Part shown: piece after piece, positions 5,986-7,467 of the stretch
How positions within the stretch are numbered: position 1 is the stretch's first letter
Layout of the letters: each line of letters opens with the position of its first letter
Source: Paramicrosporidium saccamoebae KSL3
Lineage: Eukaryota; Fungi; Cryptomycota
Assembly: GCA_002794465.1 (NCBI GenBank)
Contig: MTSL01000044.1
Span: forward strand, 1-7,467
DNA length: 7,467 nt
Direction: 5' to 3'
Notes under the pieces: model-generated
What the model was told of the DNA's origin: nothing
Database searches by the model: none
What the model saw: the letters and a program-made list of their open reading frames with translations, nothing else
Position numbers and translations under genes: made by a program

Positions 5986-6104
5986 GTAGTTTGGATTGTA
6001 GTTGGATTAGAGCTTGGATTGTAGTTTGGATTAGAGCTTGGATTATAGTTTGGATTAGAGCTTGGACTGTAGTTTGGATTGGAGCTTGGATTGGAGTTTG
6101 GGCT
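5986..6104 (+). repeat. Minisatellite of ten ~12-bp units, mostly alternating GTAGTTTGGATT / AGAGCTTGGATT (24-bp higher-order repeat)
   Basis: Units start at 5986, 5998 (11 nt), 6009, 6021, 6033, 6045, 6057, 6069, 6081 and 6093. A degenerate unit lies at 5974..5985. Confidence 0.95.
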
Positions 6105-6276
6105 GACAGTAAAGATTCTTGGGATCCATTTTTTGTAAGGATTGCAATAGATTTCACATCCATCTCAGCAAGTCTCACAAACCCTGGCTGGGATATGTAA
6201 ACTTGCAGTCATCTGAATTAATAAATCCCGAAATTAGCGGAGCCAACCAAGCTTGGTGAATCTCGAAATTGGCGTA

Positions 6277-7425
6277 ATGTTTGTGACAAAGAGAATGCTA
6301 TCGGGAATGGCGACGGCGGGGACAAAGTACGGACTGCGCTATACAGTGTCGATGATTCCGGGGGACGGAGTGGGAAATGAGCTGTGTCGGTCGGTGGAGA
6401 GTGTGTTTGCAGCAGCAAAGGTACCGGTGGACTTTGAACATGTCCATCTTTCGGGCTATTCACGTGACACGCATGACGTACAACATGCAATTGCATCGCT
6501 TCGGAAGAATCGAATTGGTCTAAAGGGCATTATATACACTCCACAGAGCGGACCCGAAACATCGATCAACGTGGCCATCCGTCATGCATTGGACATTTAT
6601 GCCAATGTGGTCCATATTCGGGCGTTGCCAGGCTGTCAAGCCCGATATCCGGACATTGATATGGTGGTGATCCGAGAGAACACAGAGGGCGAATATTCGG
6701 GACTGGAACATCAACCGGTGCCGGGTGTGGTAGAGTCGCTCAAGGTGACGACACGGGAAAAGAGTCGTCGGATTGTGCAGTTTGCATTTGATTATGCGGT
6801 GCAGAATGGACGTCGCAAGGTGACCTGTGTGCACAAGGCAAACATTATGAAATTGACTGACGGACTCTTTCTGCGGACCTTCTTGGAGGTGGCCGAGAAA
6901 AATCGTCATATGGGCGTGGAGACGGATCATATGATTGTGGACAACACGGCAATGCAGTTGGTCAGTCGACCGGGCCAATTTGACGTCATTGTCACCCCCA
7001 ATTTGTATGGAAACATTGTGACCAACATAGGGGCGGGTCTGGTAGGCGGAGCGGGTCTGATTCCCGGCTACAATATTGGTCGTGACTATGCCATATTTGA
7101 ACCGGTAAGGGTTAGAGAGTGATCTGAATGTGTAGGGAGCGCGCCATGTGGGAAGGGACATTGAAGGACAAAACAGCGCCAATCCCGTGTCAATGTTGCT
7201 GAGTTCCGTGTTCATGTTGCGTCACCTAGGTCTAACCTTCCATGCCGAGCAGATTCACAATGCCGTGATGACCACCTTGTCAGCGGGAAAGGTATATGGC
7301 ATATTGCAATGGACATAATGTTGTAGAATATGACACCGGATATCCATGGATTCTCTACCACCACAGCCTTTACTGAAAGCGTTATAGGAAATCTTCAAAA
7401 TACGACTAACGGAGCAACTATTTGA
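6277..7425 (+). CDS. IDH1: Mitochondrial NAD-dependent isocitrate dehydrogenase, regulatory subunit, 360 aa; exons 6277-7104, 7136-7291, 7327-7425
   Basis: Motifs KYG.RYTVSMIPGDGVG, RENTEGEYSGLEH, HKANIMK and DNTAMQLV. YGNIVTN replaces the catalytic-subunit YGDILSD, indicating the regulatory subunit. Introns 7105-7135 (31 nt) and 7292-7326 (35 nt) restore FEP|GARHVG...ANPVSMLLS...GK|NMTPDIHG. The presequence-like start is MFVTKRMLS. Confidence 0.95.
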
Positions 7426-7430
7426 ATAAA
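7425..7430 (+). terminator. AATAAA poly(A) signal sharing the last base of the IDH1 stop codon
   Basis: TGAATAAA, the same arrangement as at the end of orphan ORF A. Confidence 0.6.
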
Positions 7431-7467
7431 GATGAGTTATAATATAGATCAGTGTGGCATGAGCATG

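Noticed and set aside
5986-6104. Array as CRISPR, telomeric repeat or G-quadruplex
   Set aside because: There are no unique spacers or cas genes and the context is eukaryotic. It has no TTAGGG-type unit and sits internally between genes. The GG doublets separated by about 10-nt loops make a stable G4 unlikely.
5924-6178. Minus-strand ORF with IQTT/IQAL repeats (also the plus-strand 5991..6200 W-rich ORF)
   Set aside because: These are translations of the minisatellite. The 11-nt unit changes the repeat frame and one ORF overlaps the DRG2 3' end, so coding function is unsupported.
6253-6276. TTG/GTG starts used by the ORF track (6253, 4943, 3831, 3237, 1215)
   Set aside because: In a eukaryotic context a downstream ATG or an upstream spliced exon gives the conserved or better-supported N-terminus in each case.

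Overview
Gene-dense eukaryotic DNA, most like a compact early-diverging fungus (inference), with ultrashort spliceosomal introns that break up the ORF track. Manual splicing gives four conserved genes. (1) A PHD-TFIIS-M-SPOC protein, Bye1/DIDO/PHF3-like (-, 184..1544, 3 exons, 431 aa). (2) Mitochondrial monothiol glutaredoxin GRX5 (-, 1868..2395, 5 exons, 133 aa), absent from the ORF track. (3) GTPase DRG2/RBG2 (+, 4830..5965, 2 exons, 366 aa). (4) The NAD-IDH regulatory subunit IDH1 (+, 6277..7425, 3 exons, 360 aa). An intronless tRNA-Leu(CAA) lies at 4432..4515. Between GRX5 and the tRNA are three intronless orphan ORFs; two are clear paralogues with near-identical promoter geometry. Other notable structure: a diverged ~68-bp inverted repeat bracketing the Bye1-like gene; AATAAA fused to or abutting stop codons; nine 29-37 nt GTA...TAG introns, some strongly self-complementary; a 12/24-bp minisatellite between DRG2 and IDH1; and an overlapping uORF on DRG2. 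All alignments and counts were done by hand and no database search was run.
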